Origin: Felis catus | Taxonomy: Eukaryota | DNA: 64,000 nt | NCBI RefSeq assembly: GCF_018350175.1 | Contig: NC_058368.1 | Location: forward strand, 89,654,001 to 89,718,000 | Reading direction: 5' to 3' | Part shown: piece after piece, positions 14,017 to 25,479 of the stretch | Numbering within the stretch: position 1 is the stretch's first letter | Layout of the letters: every line of letters starts with the position of its first letter | Position numbers and translations under genes: made by a program | Notes under the pieces: model-generated | Database searches by the model: none | Told to the model about the DNA's origin: nothing | Seen by the model: the letters and a program-made list of their open reading frames with translations, nothing else

Positions 14017-14960
14017 AAAGAGTTCTTTATAGATTCTAGATACAAGTGCCTTATCAGGTATATGATTTGAAAATATTTTCTCCCATTCTATAATCTGTTT
14101 TTTCATGCTTTTGCTCATGCCTTTTGGTGTACAAAATTTCTTAATTTTAATAAATCCCAGTTTATCCATGTTTTTCTTCTGTTGCTTGTGCATTTGGTGT
14201 CAGATCTAAGAATCACTTACCAAATCAAAAGTCACAAAGATTTACCCCTATGTTTTCTTTCAAGAATTTTACAGCTCTGGTTCTCACATTTAGGTCTTGA
14301 TACACTTTGAGTTAATTTTTGTATATGGTGTAAGGAAAAGGTCCAACTTCATTCTTTTGCATGTAGCTGTCCAATTATCTGAGCACTGTTTGCTGAAGAG
14401 ACTATTCCTTTCCCATGGAATGATCTTGGCACCCATGCCAAAAATCAGTGGGTCCCTCTCAAAAATCAATTGACCATATACAAATAAGTTTATTGCTAGA
14501 CTTTTAATTCTACCCTATTGATCTTTATGTCTACATTATGCCACTGCTATGCTGTCTGGATTATTGTTGCTTTATGGAAAATTTTGAAGACAAGAAGTCG
14601 TGAGTCCTCCATCTTTTTTTTTCTTTTTCAAGATTGTTTGCAATTCTGGGTACCTTGGGTTTTAGAACCAGCCTATCAACATCTGTAAAAAGGAATTTTA
14701 TGGGAATTACCTTGAATCTACAGGTCAGTCTGGGAAGTATTGTTATTTTCACAATATTAATTAATATTAATGTCATCTTCACAATTCCAATCCTAAAACA
14801 TGAACTATCATTCCATTTATTTAAATCTTTAAAGTTTCAGTAATATCTTGTAGTTTTCAGGGTATAATTTTTTAACTTCTTTTGTTAAATTTATTCCTAA
14901 GCATTTTGTTTATATATACATACAATTGTTTTCTTAATTTCATTTTCAAATGGTCACATG

Positions 14961-15184
14961 AGGGGCGCCTGGGTGGCGCAGTCGGTTAAGCGTCCGACTT
15001 CAGCCAGGTCACAGTCTCACAGTCCGTGAGTTCGAGCCCCGCGTCGGGCTCTGGGCTGATGGCTCAGAGCCTGGAGCCTGTTTCCGATTCTGTGTCTCCC
15101 TCTCTCTCTGCCCCTTGCCTGTTCATGCTCTGTCTCTCTCTGTCCCAGAAATAAATAAACTTTGAAAAAAAATTAAAAAAAAAA
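14961..15184 (+). mobile_element. Young felid SINE
   Basis: Near-consensus copy; TSD aaatggtcacatg. Confidence 0.93.
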
Positions 15185-17384
15185 ATGGTCACATGTGTGG
15201 TTCAGGTGAACCTATTCCTATTCTTTTAGTGCTTTTATCACAAAAAGGTACTGAATTTTGTCAAATGCATTTTCTGCATCAATTGATATAATGTTGTGGA
15301 TTATTTTTTTTAGCCTCTTGAAATGTGCACTAATTGATTGTCAAATGTTAAACTAACCTTGCAATACTGGAATGAATCCCTCTTGGTCATAATGTATAGT
15401 TACTTTTACATGTTGATAGATATTAGTTGTTAGTATTTTGTTGAGGATTATTGCATCTATATTCATAGAAAATATTAAGGTGTGGTTTTCTTTCCTTATG
15501 ATGTTTTTGTTTTGTTTTGTTTTGGTATCAAGGTAATAATGGCTTCATAGAATGAGTTAGGATGTGTCTTAGGAGGGTTTGTGAACAATTGGTATTAATT
15601 CTTTAAATGTTTCATTGAATATACCACTGAAGCTATCTGGGCCTAGGTATTTTCCTTGTGGGTAGTTTATTTGGTTCCTAATTCAATCTCTTTACTTACT
15701 CCAGGTATATTCAGATTATCTATTCTTTCTTGAAGTCAATTTTGGTAGTTTGTATATTTCTAGGAATTTGTACATTTCACTTCAGTTATGTAATTTACTG
15801 GCATACAGTTGTTCATACTATTCCTTCATACTCCTTTTTCTTCTTGTAAGGTCACTGGTAATGTCTCATATTTCATTTTTTTATTCTACTAATTTGCATT
15901 GTCTCCTTTTCTCTTAGTCAATCTAGCTAAAGGTTTGTCAGTATTGTCAATTTTCTTCATAAAATTAACTTTTTGCTTCATTAATTTTCTATATTGTTTT
16001 TCTATTCTCAATTTCATTAATTTCCCCCTGGATCTTATTATTTCCTTTCATCTTCTTTCATAAGGCTTAGTGTGTTCTTCTTTTTCTAGGGTCTTAGGGC
16101 AGAAGGTTGGGTTACTAGTGAGATCTTTGTTTTTTTCTAATATAGGCATTTAGAGCTATTACCTTAGCTGCATCCCATACATTTTGTATGTTGTGTCTTT
16201 ATGTCATTGACCTCAAAGTATTTGCTAATTTCCTTTTTGATTTCTTCTTGGACCATTGGGTATTTAGAAATGTGTTGTTTAATTTCCACATGTGTGTGAG
16301 TTTCCCAAATTTCTCTCTGTGGTTGATTTTTCATTTCAATCTATTGTAGTTAGCATACTTTGTCTAATTTCAATTCTTTTACATTTATTGAAATTTGCTT
16401 TATAGCCTAGCATATGGCTTCCTCGGGGACTCTCACTTGTGCACTTGAGAAGAATGTATGTTTCTGCTATTGAAAGTTTGAGTGTTCTATAGATCCTATG
16501 GATCCAACTGGTTTTAGTGTCATTCAAGTCTTCGATTTCCTTGTCGATCTTGTGTCTAGTTGTTCTATCCATTATTAAAAGTAGGGTTTAAAGTATCCAA
16601 CCCTGCAGTTAATAGACTATTTCTTCCTTTATTGTGTCAGGTTTTGATTCATATATTTTAATGCTCTGTTGTTAGGTGCATATTTTTTTTATAATTACTA
16701 TATCTTCATGATGGATTGACCCTTTTACCATAATAAAATGTTCCTGTTTATCTCTAGTAACATCATTTGTTTTAAAGATTATTTTGACTGATATTAGCCC
16801 AGCCACACCAGGTTTTGTATGGCTGCTGTTTGCATGATGTATCTTTTTCTAGCCTTTTACATTCAATCCATTTATATCTTTGAATCTAAAGTGTGTATCC
16901 TATAGACAGCATATTGTTGGGTCTTATTTTTGTACAGTCTGATCATCTCTATCTTTTGAATAGATTATTCAATCCATTCACATTTATTATTATTGATATA
17001 GATGGGTTTGTTTACCATCTCATTTTTCCTGTTTTCTATATGTCTCATGTATTTTTTGTTCTTCTATTTTCTTCTTCTATTGCTATTCTATTCTCTTTTG
17101 CAATAATATCTTCTTATGTAACTTTAATTTATTTAATGATTTTTTAAACTTTTTTGTTGTTGTTATTTCCTTAGTGATTGCTCTTGGGCTTACACATACA
17201 TCTTAACCAATCAGAATCTACTCATATTTGTACTGACTCAATCCCAGTAAGATATAGGATATACACTTTATTTTGTGGTATTATAGTTAGACATATTCCA
17301 TCCCTGTTACAAATAGAATACACTGTTAAAAATTTAAGGTTTTAATTAGAACTTTACATAATTTTATGTCTTTAATTTAATTTT

Positions 17385-17825
17385 TTAATTAAATGTTTAT
17401 TTTAATTCCAGTATGGCTAACATACAACTAACATATTATGTTAGTTTCAGGTGGACAATCTAGCGGTTCAACAACTCTATACATTACTCAGTGCTCATTA
17501 TGATAAGTGTACTCTTTAATCCCCATCACCTATTTCACTCATCCCCCCACCCACATCCCCTCTAGTAACCATCAGTTTGCTCTTTAAGAGTCTGTCTCTT
17601 GGTTTGTCTCTCTCCTTTTTTGTCCTTTGTTCATTTGTTTTCTTTCTTAAGTTCCACATATGAGTGAAATCATATGGTATTTGTCTTTCTCTGCCTGGCA
17701 TATTTCACTTAGCATTTTGCCCTCTGGCTCTATCCATGTTGTTTCAAAAGGCAAGATTTCATTCTTTTTTGATTCTTTTTTATGGTTGAATATATTCCAT
17801 TGTGTATATATGCCACATCTTCTTA
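17385..17825 (-). mobile_element. Carnivore L1 3' end fragment
   Basis: Similar to the L1 3' UTR at 2330-2740. Confidence 0.85.
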
Positions 17826-17848
17826 ATTTTATCTTTTAAAGAATCTGA

Positions 17849-18072
17849 GAGGCACCTGGGTGGCTTAGTCAGTTAAGCATCCAACTCTTGATTTCTGCTT
17901 AGGTTGTGATTTCATAGTTCATGGGATCAAGCCCACATCAGGTTCTTCACTGACAGCATAGAGTCTGCTTGGGATTCTCTCTTCCCTTCTCTCTATGCCC
18001 CTTCCCCACCACTGCTTGCTCACATGTGCTCTCTCCCTCTCTCTCTCAAAATAAACTTTAAAAAAAAAATAA
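17849..18072 (+). mobile_element. CAN-SINE
   Basis: Head, (CT)n tract, A tail. Confidence 0.88.
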
Positions 18073-18736
18073 AGAAGCTGAGATAAAAAAGGGGATCAAG
18101 TATACAGTTATAGCTTCTGTCACTTTAGCCTTTTTGTTTACCATTTCTGGATTTCTTTATATGTTACTGTGGCTTCAACTTACTACCCAGAGTTATGTCT
18201 TCAACTCAGTACAGCTTTGCTCACACTCTCCTCCCTTATGTTATTATTGCAAATATGTTACATTTCTATATTTTAAAGGATCAACAAGTAATTACATACA
18301 TATTATTTTATATAATTGTTTTTAAATCTGTTAGGAGTAGAAAGGAAAGGAAATATTCATTTGAACTGTCTTTTATAATTACTGTTATTGGTGTTCTTTG
18401 TTTTTTCACATGAAATTGAATTATTATCTGTGATCACTTACTTCCAGCCTGGAGAAATTCTGCAGTATTTTTTGTAAGGTAAATTTTCTGGCAGCAAATT
18501 CTCTCAGATTTTATTTATCAGGAATGTCTTTATTATGTCTTCATTTTTGAAAGAGAGTTATATTATCTATGGGATTCTTGGTTGACAGGGTTTTTTTCTT
18601 TGAACACTTTGAATATGTCATCTGAGTGTCCTCTGGCATCCATTGTTTCTGCTGAGAAGTCAACTGTTAATCTTACAGGGAATTCCTGTAGGTGATGATT
18701 CATTTTTCTCTGGCTGCTTTAAAGATTTTTCTCTTT

Positions 18737-18948
18737 GGGGCGCCTGGGTGGCTCAGTTGGTTGAGTGTCTGACTTTGCCTCAGGTCATGATCTCACGGTT
18801 CATGGGTTCGAGCCCTGCATCAAGCTCTGTGCTGACAGCTCAGAACTTGAAGCCTGTTTCAGATTCTGTGTCTCCCTCTCTCTCTGCCCCTCCCCAACTC
18901 ACGCTCTGTCTCTCTCTGTCTCAAAAATAAATAAACATTAAAAAAAAT
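18737..18948 (+). mobile_element. Felid SINE
   Basis: Head, (CT)n tract, A tail. Confidence 0.92.
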
Positions 18949-20034
18949 TTTTTCAAGATTGCTTTGGCTACTCAGGAGGCATCACAACCCCAGACTTCAA
19001 GCTATACTACAAAGCTGTAATCATCAAGACAGTATGGTACTGACAGAAGAACAGACACTCAGATCAACGGAACAGAATAGAGAACCCAGAAATGGACCTA
19101 CAAACGTATGGCCAACTAATCTTCGACAAAGCAGGAAATAATATCCAATGGAATAAAGACAGTCTCTTCAGCAAGTGGTGCTGGGAAAACTGTACAGCAA
19201 CCTGCAGAAAAATGAACCTGGACCACTTTCTTACACCATACACAAAAATAAACTCAAAATGGATGAAAGACCTCAATGTAAGACAGAAAGCCATCAAATC
19301 CTCAAGGAGAAAGCAGGCAAAAGCCTCTTTGACCTTGGCCACAGCAACTTCTTAGTCAACACGTCTCTGGAAGCAAGGGAAACAAAAGCAAAAATGAACT
19401 ACTGGGACCTCATAAAAATAAAGTCTTCTGCACAGCGAAAGAAACCAAAACTAAAAGGCAACCAACAGAATGGGAGAAGATATTTGCAAATGACATATCA
19501 GATAAAGGGTTAGTATCCAAAATCTATAAAGAACTTATCAAACTCAACACCCAAAAAACAAATAATCCAGTGAAGAAATGGGCAAAAGACATGAATAGAG
19601 ACTTCTCCAAGGAAGACATGCAGATGGCCAACCAACACATGAAAAAATGTTCAACATCACTCATCATCAGGGAAATACAAATCAAAACCACAATGAGATA
19701 CCACCTTACACCTGTCAGAATGGCTAACATTAACATCTCAGCCAACAACAGATGTTGGTGAGGATGAGGAAAAAGAGGATCTCTTTTGCATTTTTGGTGG
19801 GAATGCAAGCTGGTGCAGCCACTCTGGAAAACAGTATGGAGGTTCCTCAAAAAACTAAAAATAGAACTACCCTACGACCCAGCAATTGCACTACTAGGTA
19901 TTTATCTATGGGATACATGTGTGCTGTTTCAAAGGGACACATGCATCCCCATGTTTATAGCAACACTATCAACAATAGCCAAAGTATGGAAAGAGCCCAA
20001 ATGTCCATTGATGGATGAATGGATAAAGAAGGTT

Positions 20035-20080
<46 letters not shown>

Positions 20081-20482
20081 GGAGTATTTCTCAGCAATCA
20101 AAAAGAATGAAATCTTGCCATTTGCAACTACGTGGATGGAACTGGAGGGTATTATGCTAAGTGAAATTAGTCTGAGAAAGACAAAATCATATGGCTTCAC
20201 TCATGAGGACTTTAAGAGACAAAACAGATGAACATAAGGGAAAGGAAGCAAAAATAATATAAAAACAGGGAGGGGGACAAAACAGAAGAGAATCATAAAT
20301 ATGGAGAACAAACTGAGGGTTACTGGCGGGGGGGGGGGGTTGTGGGAGGGGGATGGGCTAAATGGGTAAGGGGAAGTAAGGAATCTACTCCTGAAATCAT
20401 TGTTGCACTATATGCTAACTAATTTGGATGTAAATTTAAAAAAATAAAAAATAAAACAAGTTAATATATATATAAAAAAAAA
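18949..20482 (+). mobile_element. 5'-truncated felid L1 with a short 5' inversion and (TA)n at 20037-20078
   Basis: Well-preserved ORF2 C-terminal peptides ([39 protein letters not shown]); poly(A). Confidence 0.92.
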
Positions 20483-20589
20483 GAAATGAAAATACCTAAT
20501 AGAAGATTAGCAGAAAAAAGAAACCAGGGAACTTGAAAAATCAGTAAAAACCATCAAACGGAAATACACTAGAAAAATAGGCTAAAAGA

Positions 20590-21425
20590 AAAAAAATTTT
20601 AATGGCAAAGGACTTAAATAGACATTCCTCCAAAGAAGATGTACAAATGGCCAATAAAGACATGAAAAGATGCTCAACACCATTAACTAATAGGAAAATA
20701 CAAATTAAAATCATAATAAGATACCACCTCACAACCATTAGATGGCTACTACCGAAGGAAAAACACAGAAAATCACAAGTGTTGGTGAGAATGTGGAGAA
20801 ATTGGAATCTGTGTGTGCTGTTGATAGGAGACTAAAATGATGTAGCTGCTGAAAAACAGTATGGAAGTTCCTTAAAAAATTAAAAATAAAGGTATCATAT
20901 GAGCCGGTAATTCCCTTAGGTGTATACCCAAAGCAATGTACATAAATCAGGGACTCAAAAAGGTATTTTCACACTCATTCATAACAGCATTATTCACAAT
21001 AGCCAAAAGGTAGAAGCAACCCATGTGTACATCAACAGATGAATGGATAAGCAAAATGTTGTATACACACAATAGAATGATATTCAGCCTTAGGAAGGAA
21101 TGAAATTCTGACACATGCTACAAACAACATAGATGAACATTGAGAAAATTATGCTGAGTGAAATAAGGACAAATAAGTTACAAAAGGACAAATACTGTAT
21201 GATTCCAATTATAAGAAGTACCTAGAGTCATTAAATTATTCAGATGGAAAATACATCTGTGATGGTTTCCAGAGGTTGAGGGGAAGATGAGAGGGGAGTT
21301 ATTGTTTATGGACAATGGGGATGATGGCACAACAATGTGAGTGTTAATGCTGCTGGACTTAAAAATAGTTAAGATAGTAAAGTTTCTGTTATGTGCATTT
21401 TACCCCAATTTTTTAAAAATAAAAA
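20590..21425 (+). mobile_element. Older L1 3' fragment
   Basis: [25 protein letters not shown] followed by a 3' UTR. Confidence 0.8.
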
Positions 21426-21430
21426 GGCTA

Positions 21431-21648
21431 GGGTCGCCTGGGTGGCTCAGTCGGTTGAGCGTCTGACTTCAGCTCAGGTCACGATCTCGCGGTCCGTGAG
21501 TTCGAGCCCCGCGTCGGGCTCTGGGCTGATGACTCAGAGCCTGGAGGCTGCTTCCGATTCTGTGTCTCCCTCTCTCTCTGCCCCTCCCCCGTTCATGCTC
21601 TGTCTCTCTCTGTTTCAAAAATAAATAAACGTTAAAAAAAATTTAAGT
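21431..21648 (+). mobile_element. Young felid SINE
   Basis: Near-consensus copy; TSD aaaaaggcta. Confidence 0.92.
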
Positions 21649-22399
21649 AAAAAGGCTAAAAAATAAGTCTTGGAAAACTATGGGACAATATCAAATGATC
21701 TGGTATTCTTGTAATTAGAGTCCCAGAAGAAGATAGAAGTAATAAAGACTTTTCAGACCTACAAAACCCGAGCGATTTCATCACTAGCAGACTCACACTG
21801 AAAGAAATGTTAAAAAAAAAAAGAGGTCCTATGGGTAGAAAGAAAATGATACCTAATGTTGACAGATCAGAAATGATAAATATACAACATTTTTTCTTAT
21901 TATTTAAATGTCTTTGAAAGATAAGTGACTAGACAAAAGGAATGATCAGGTGTTGTGGGGCTTATGATAGGAGCAAGTAAAATGAATGACAACAATTGCA
22001 TCAAAGCTGAGAGAGGAGAATGGAGGTAAACTATTGCAAAAAAATAGCTGTTACTGTCCAGCAAAGTTGAAGATATATACTCTCTGACCTAGCAGTTTCA
22101 CTCCTAGCCACATGTTTAGAGAACAGGCACATGTACACCAAGAAACATATACAAGCATGTTCCTAGCAGCAAAAATTGGAAACCGGTAACAATTCAAATT
22201 TCCATCAACAATGTGAAGCAGTATATTATCACTTGAAGGTAGACTAATATGAGTTAAAGATATATACCATAAACCCTAACGCAACCTCTAAAGTCAGAAA
22301 ACAAAGAGTTATGGCTAATAAGCCAACAAAAGAGATAAAATGAAACCACAGAAGTACTCAGTCCAAAAAAGAGAAAGACAAAACAAGAAACAAAAGACA

Positions 22400-22625
22400 G
22401 GGGGCGCCTGGGTGGCGCAGTGGGTTAAGCGTCCGACTTCAGCCAGGTCACGATCTCTCGGTCCGTGAGTTCGAGCCCCGCGTCGGGCTCTGGGCTGATA
22501 GCTCGGAGCCTGGAGCCTGTTTCCGATTCTGTGTCTCCCTCTCTCTCTGCCCCTCCCCCGTTCATGCTCTGTCTCTCTCTGTCCCAAAAATAAATAAACG
22601 TTGAAAAAAAATTAAAAAAAAAAAA
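22400..22625 (+). mobile_element. Young felid SINE
   Basis: Near-consensus copy; TSD acaaaagacag. Confidence 0.93.
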
Positions 22626-22736
22626 AGACAAAAGACAGATGCGATGAATAGGAAACCAAAGCATGTTATCAAGGTGGCAAATTTAAACCTGGCCACATCA
22701 ACAATCACTTTGAATGTAAGAGGACTAACCACCCTG

Positions 22737-23070
22737 GGGGCACCTGGGTGGCTCAGTTAGTTGCATCTCTGACTCTTGATTTCGGCTCAGGTCATGATCT
22801 CACGGGTTCGTGAGATCGAGCCTCTCATTGGGCTCTGTACTGACAATGCGGAGACATTGTCTGTCTCAGACAATGAGACAATGCCTCAGACAATGTCTCA
22901 GCTCAGAGCCTGGAGCCTGCTTCAGATTCTGTGTCTCCCTCTCTCTCTCTCTCTCTGCCCCTCCCCCGCTGGCATTCTGTCTCTCTCTCTCTCTGCCTCT
23001 TTCTCTCTCTCTCAAAAATAAACATTAAATTTTTTTTCAATTTTTTTAAAAAAATTGTAAATGATAAAAA
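22737..23070 (+). mobile_element. Chimeric or rearranged CAN-SINE
   Basis: SINE head and tail with about 50 nt of internal filler. Confidence 0.85.
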
Positions 23071-23270
23071 AAAATAGTAAATATCTTCATGCAAGAAAGA
23101 GATTTCTTTAAAAGGATACAAATAGCACAACCATAAGGAAAATAAATCATAAGGGTTCTGCATTAAATTTAAGATCCTTTGTCTCACATCCTTCCCACTC
23201 TCCCCCTAAAAAAGACACCATTAAGAGGGTGAAAAGATACTGAATGGGAGAGAGGATTCCAGCAGCACAT

Positions 23271-23738
23271 TGTGGCCAAGTGTATTTTCCAAAGATGGCT
23301 CAACAGTATCTCCCTTCCCACATGCTCTTCGTCAGTATGACCTTGCCTCTCCCTATCTAAAAGCTGGATAGTATGTCTCCCCAGGAGGCTGTAACTACCA
23401 CTTTGAGACCATGTAGCTTCCAGCTGGTTCTCTTGGGGTACTTATCTGGGGAAGCCAGCTCTACTATTCTGAGGTTGCCATGCTGGAATGGCCATGGATG
23501 CTGGTTGACAGCCCCAGGTGAGTTCCCAGGCAACAACCAGCATCACCTGCCAACTGTCCAACCCAATCAAGCCTTTGGATAGCTGATAGCAACTTCATGA
23601 GAGACCCCAGGCAAGAATTACCCAGCCAACTCCTTCTCAAATTTCTGCCTTTCAAAAGCCTAAGCAAAATAAAATGGTTGCTGTTTTATATCACTACACT
23701 TTGGAGTAATCTGTTGCACAGTAATAATATCCAAAACT
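23271..23738 (+). mobile_element. MaLR solo LTR (MLT1-like)
   Basis: TGTGG...ttccaaagatggc start; aataaaatggttg...ttggagtaatctgttgcacagtaata end, typical of MLT1. Confidence 0.75.
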
Positions 23739-23962
23739 GGCAAAGGGCTCATATCCAGAATATATAAAGAACTTCTACAAATCAGTAAGAAAAAGACAAC
23801 AGACAGTGGTAAAGAGCAAACAACTTAAAATTTAAATGGTCAATTGTAAAAATGTGTTCAGCTTCAACAGTAATAAGGGGAAAGCTAATGAAAACCATAA
23901 TGAGATTGCCCCTATAAGCCAACCAGAATGGCTAAATTTAAGAAATCAAAACTGACAATACT

Positions 23963-24207
23963 GGGGCGCCTGGGTGGCGCAGTCGGTTAAGCGTCCGACT
24001 TCAGCCAGGTCACGATCTCGCGGTCCGGGAGTTCGAGCCCCGCGTCAGGCTCTGGGCTGATGGCTCGGAGCCTGGAGCCTGTTTCCGATTCTGTGTCTCC
24101 CTCTCTCTCTGCCCCTCTCCCGTTCATGCTCTGTCTCTCTCTGTCCCAAAAATAAAATAAACGTTGAAAAAAAAAATTAAAAACAAAACAAAACAAACAA
24201 AAAAAAA
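23963..24207 (+). mobile_element. Young felid SINE
   Basis: Near-consensus copy; TSD aaaactgacaatact. Confidence 0.93.
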
Positions 24208-24219
24208 ACTGACAATACT

Positions 24220-24850
24220 GTGCCAGTGAAGAAACAGAGTACAGGGAATTAATTACACTGCTGTGGAGTGCAAAATAGTACAAATAACAACAACAAAAAA
24301 ATAGCTGTTACTGTCCAGCAAAGTTGAAGATACACACTCTCTAACCTAGCAGTTTCACTCCTAGCCACATGTTTAGAGAACAGGCACATGTACACCAAGA
24401 AACATACACAAGTATGTTCCTAGCAGCAAAAGTTGGGAACTGGTAACAGCTCAAACTCAACTCAACAGTAAAGGGACAGATTAATTGTGGTTATCACACA
24501 GTTATGAAAATGAGTGAAGCCGAGGTCATCATCGTGGTACATGTATCACACAAAAGATGCTGAACAAAAGAATATACGGGATGAATCAATTTAAATAAAG
24601 TTTTAAAACAGCCAAAACATGTTTTTGGGTAATAACAAGATAAACAGAAGCAGGGAAATGATAAGGCCAGGACTGGTGGGTCACGGAGGATGGATGGGAG
24701 GGGTTTGTGATGGGAAAGGGTGGGGACTTCTGGAATGCTCCTGCCATTCTGTATGCTCTGATCCGGGTGGTGTAGACAGATTTTAAATTAACACTTATAA
24801 TACACTGATATATACTTTTTATGTGTGCTATATCTTACAACAAGTTTTTA
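24220..24850 (+). mobile_element. Ancient L1 (L1ME-like) 3' remnant
   Basis: Degenerate ORF2 end and 3' UTR pattern, continuing from about 23740. Confidence 0.55.
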
Positions 24851-25479
24851 TTTTCAAACTAAAACTATTGGAATAAAATCAATATATAGTTGAGAAAAAG
24901 TCTAACTTCATTTATTTGGTTGCGGGGTTCCTCCAACATAATTTTTTAAATCATCTGAATTATCACAAATTTCTAACATTTAATTCTTACTCTCAGTTGA
25001 GAGTAGGTTATGGTTGTTATCAACAATCTGGTCTTGGTTTTTGGCCAGGATGAATGGACTTTTGCGTGGGGGCGGGGGGACTGAAGTGTGAATAAAAGCG
25101 GGGGAGGGAGGCTGCGATAGTCATCATCATGGGATTTATTTTTAAATAGGAAAATTCTAGAGACAGAACTGAAAAGAGAAAGGAAGTCTGTGAGAGGGTT
25201 GCCAAGTCAGAGAGTAAAGCGTCACCTGATACAAGGACTTATGAATGAGCTCAGAGTAAAACTATTTGGGGAAGATCTAAAGAGGAGGCGGTGCCTGCAG
25301 GGCGGAGGTTTGTTAACACTGGATGTCTCGCCCAAGGGTGCAGCCTCCATCCACACAAAGCTTATCGAATGTTCTCGAAGATTTGACATACTGTATTCAT
25401 TGCTTTGTATTTTTATTACTTTAAACACTGTATTTACTGATTAAAGGAAATTACAGAAAAATTTTACACCCCGTTACAT

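Larger units (their letters stand above)
13213..18736 (-). mobile_element. Old L1 (L1MB-like), long and decayed; its 3' tip lies at about 12278-12390; interrupted by younger inserts
   Basis: ORF2 remnants (IKIKKFC...EWEKIFSNHIPDK, NIVKITILP...FKVIPIK, DRTTRHKIDKEIEDLN). Confidence 0.8.

Noticed and set aside
2743..20835. RT/endonuclease-like peptides as a host gene or novel retro-system
   Set aside because: Frameshifted fragments of ordinary LINE-1 ORF1 and ORF2
7876..24207. tRNA-like heads and recurring ORFs such as WDRERQSMNGGGAEREGDTESETGSRL
   Set aside because: tRNA-derived CAN-SINEs, not tRNA genes, a protein family or a CRISPR-like array
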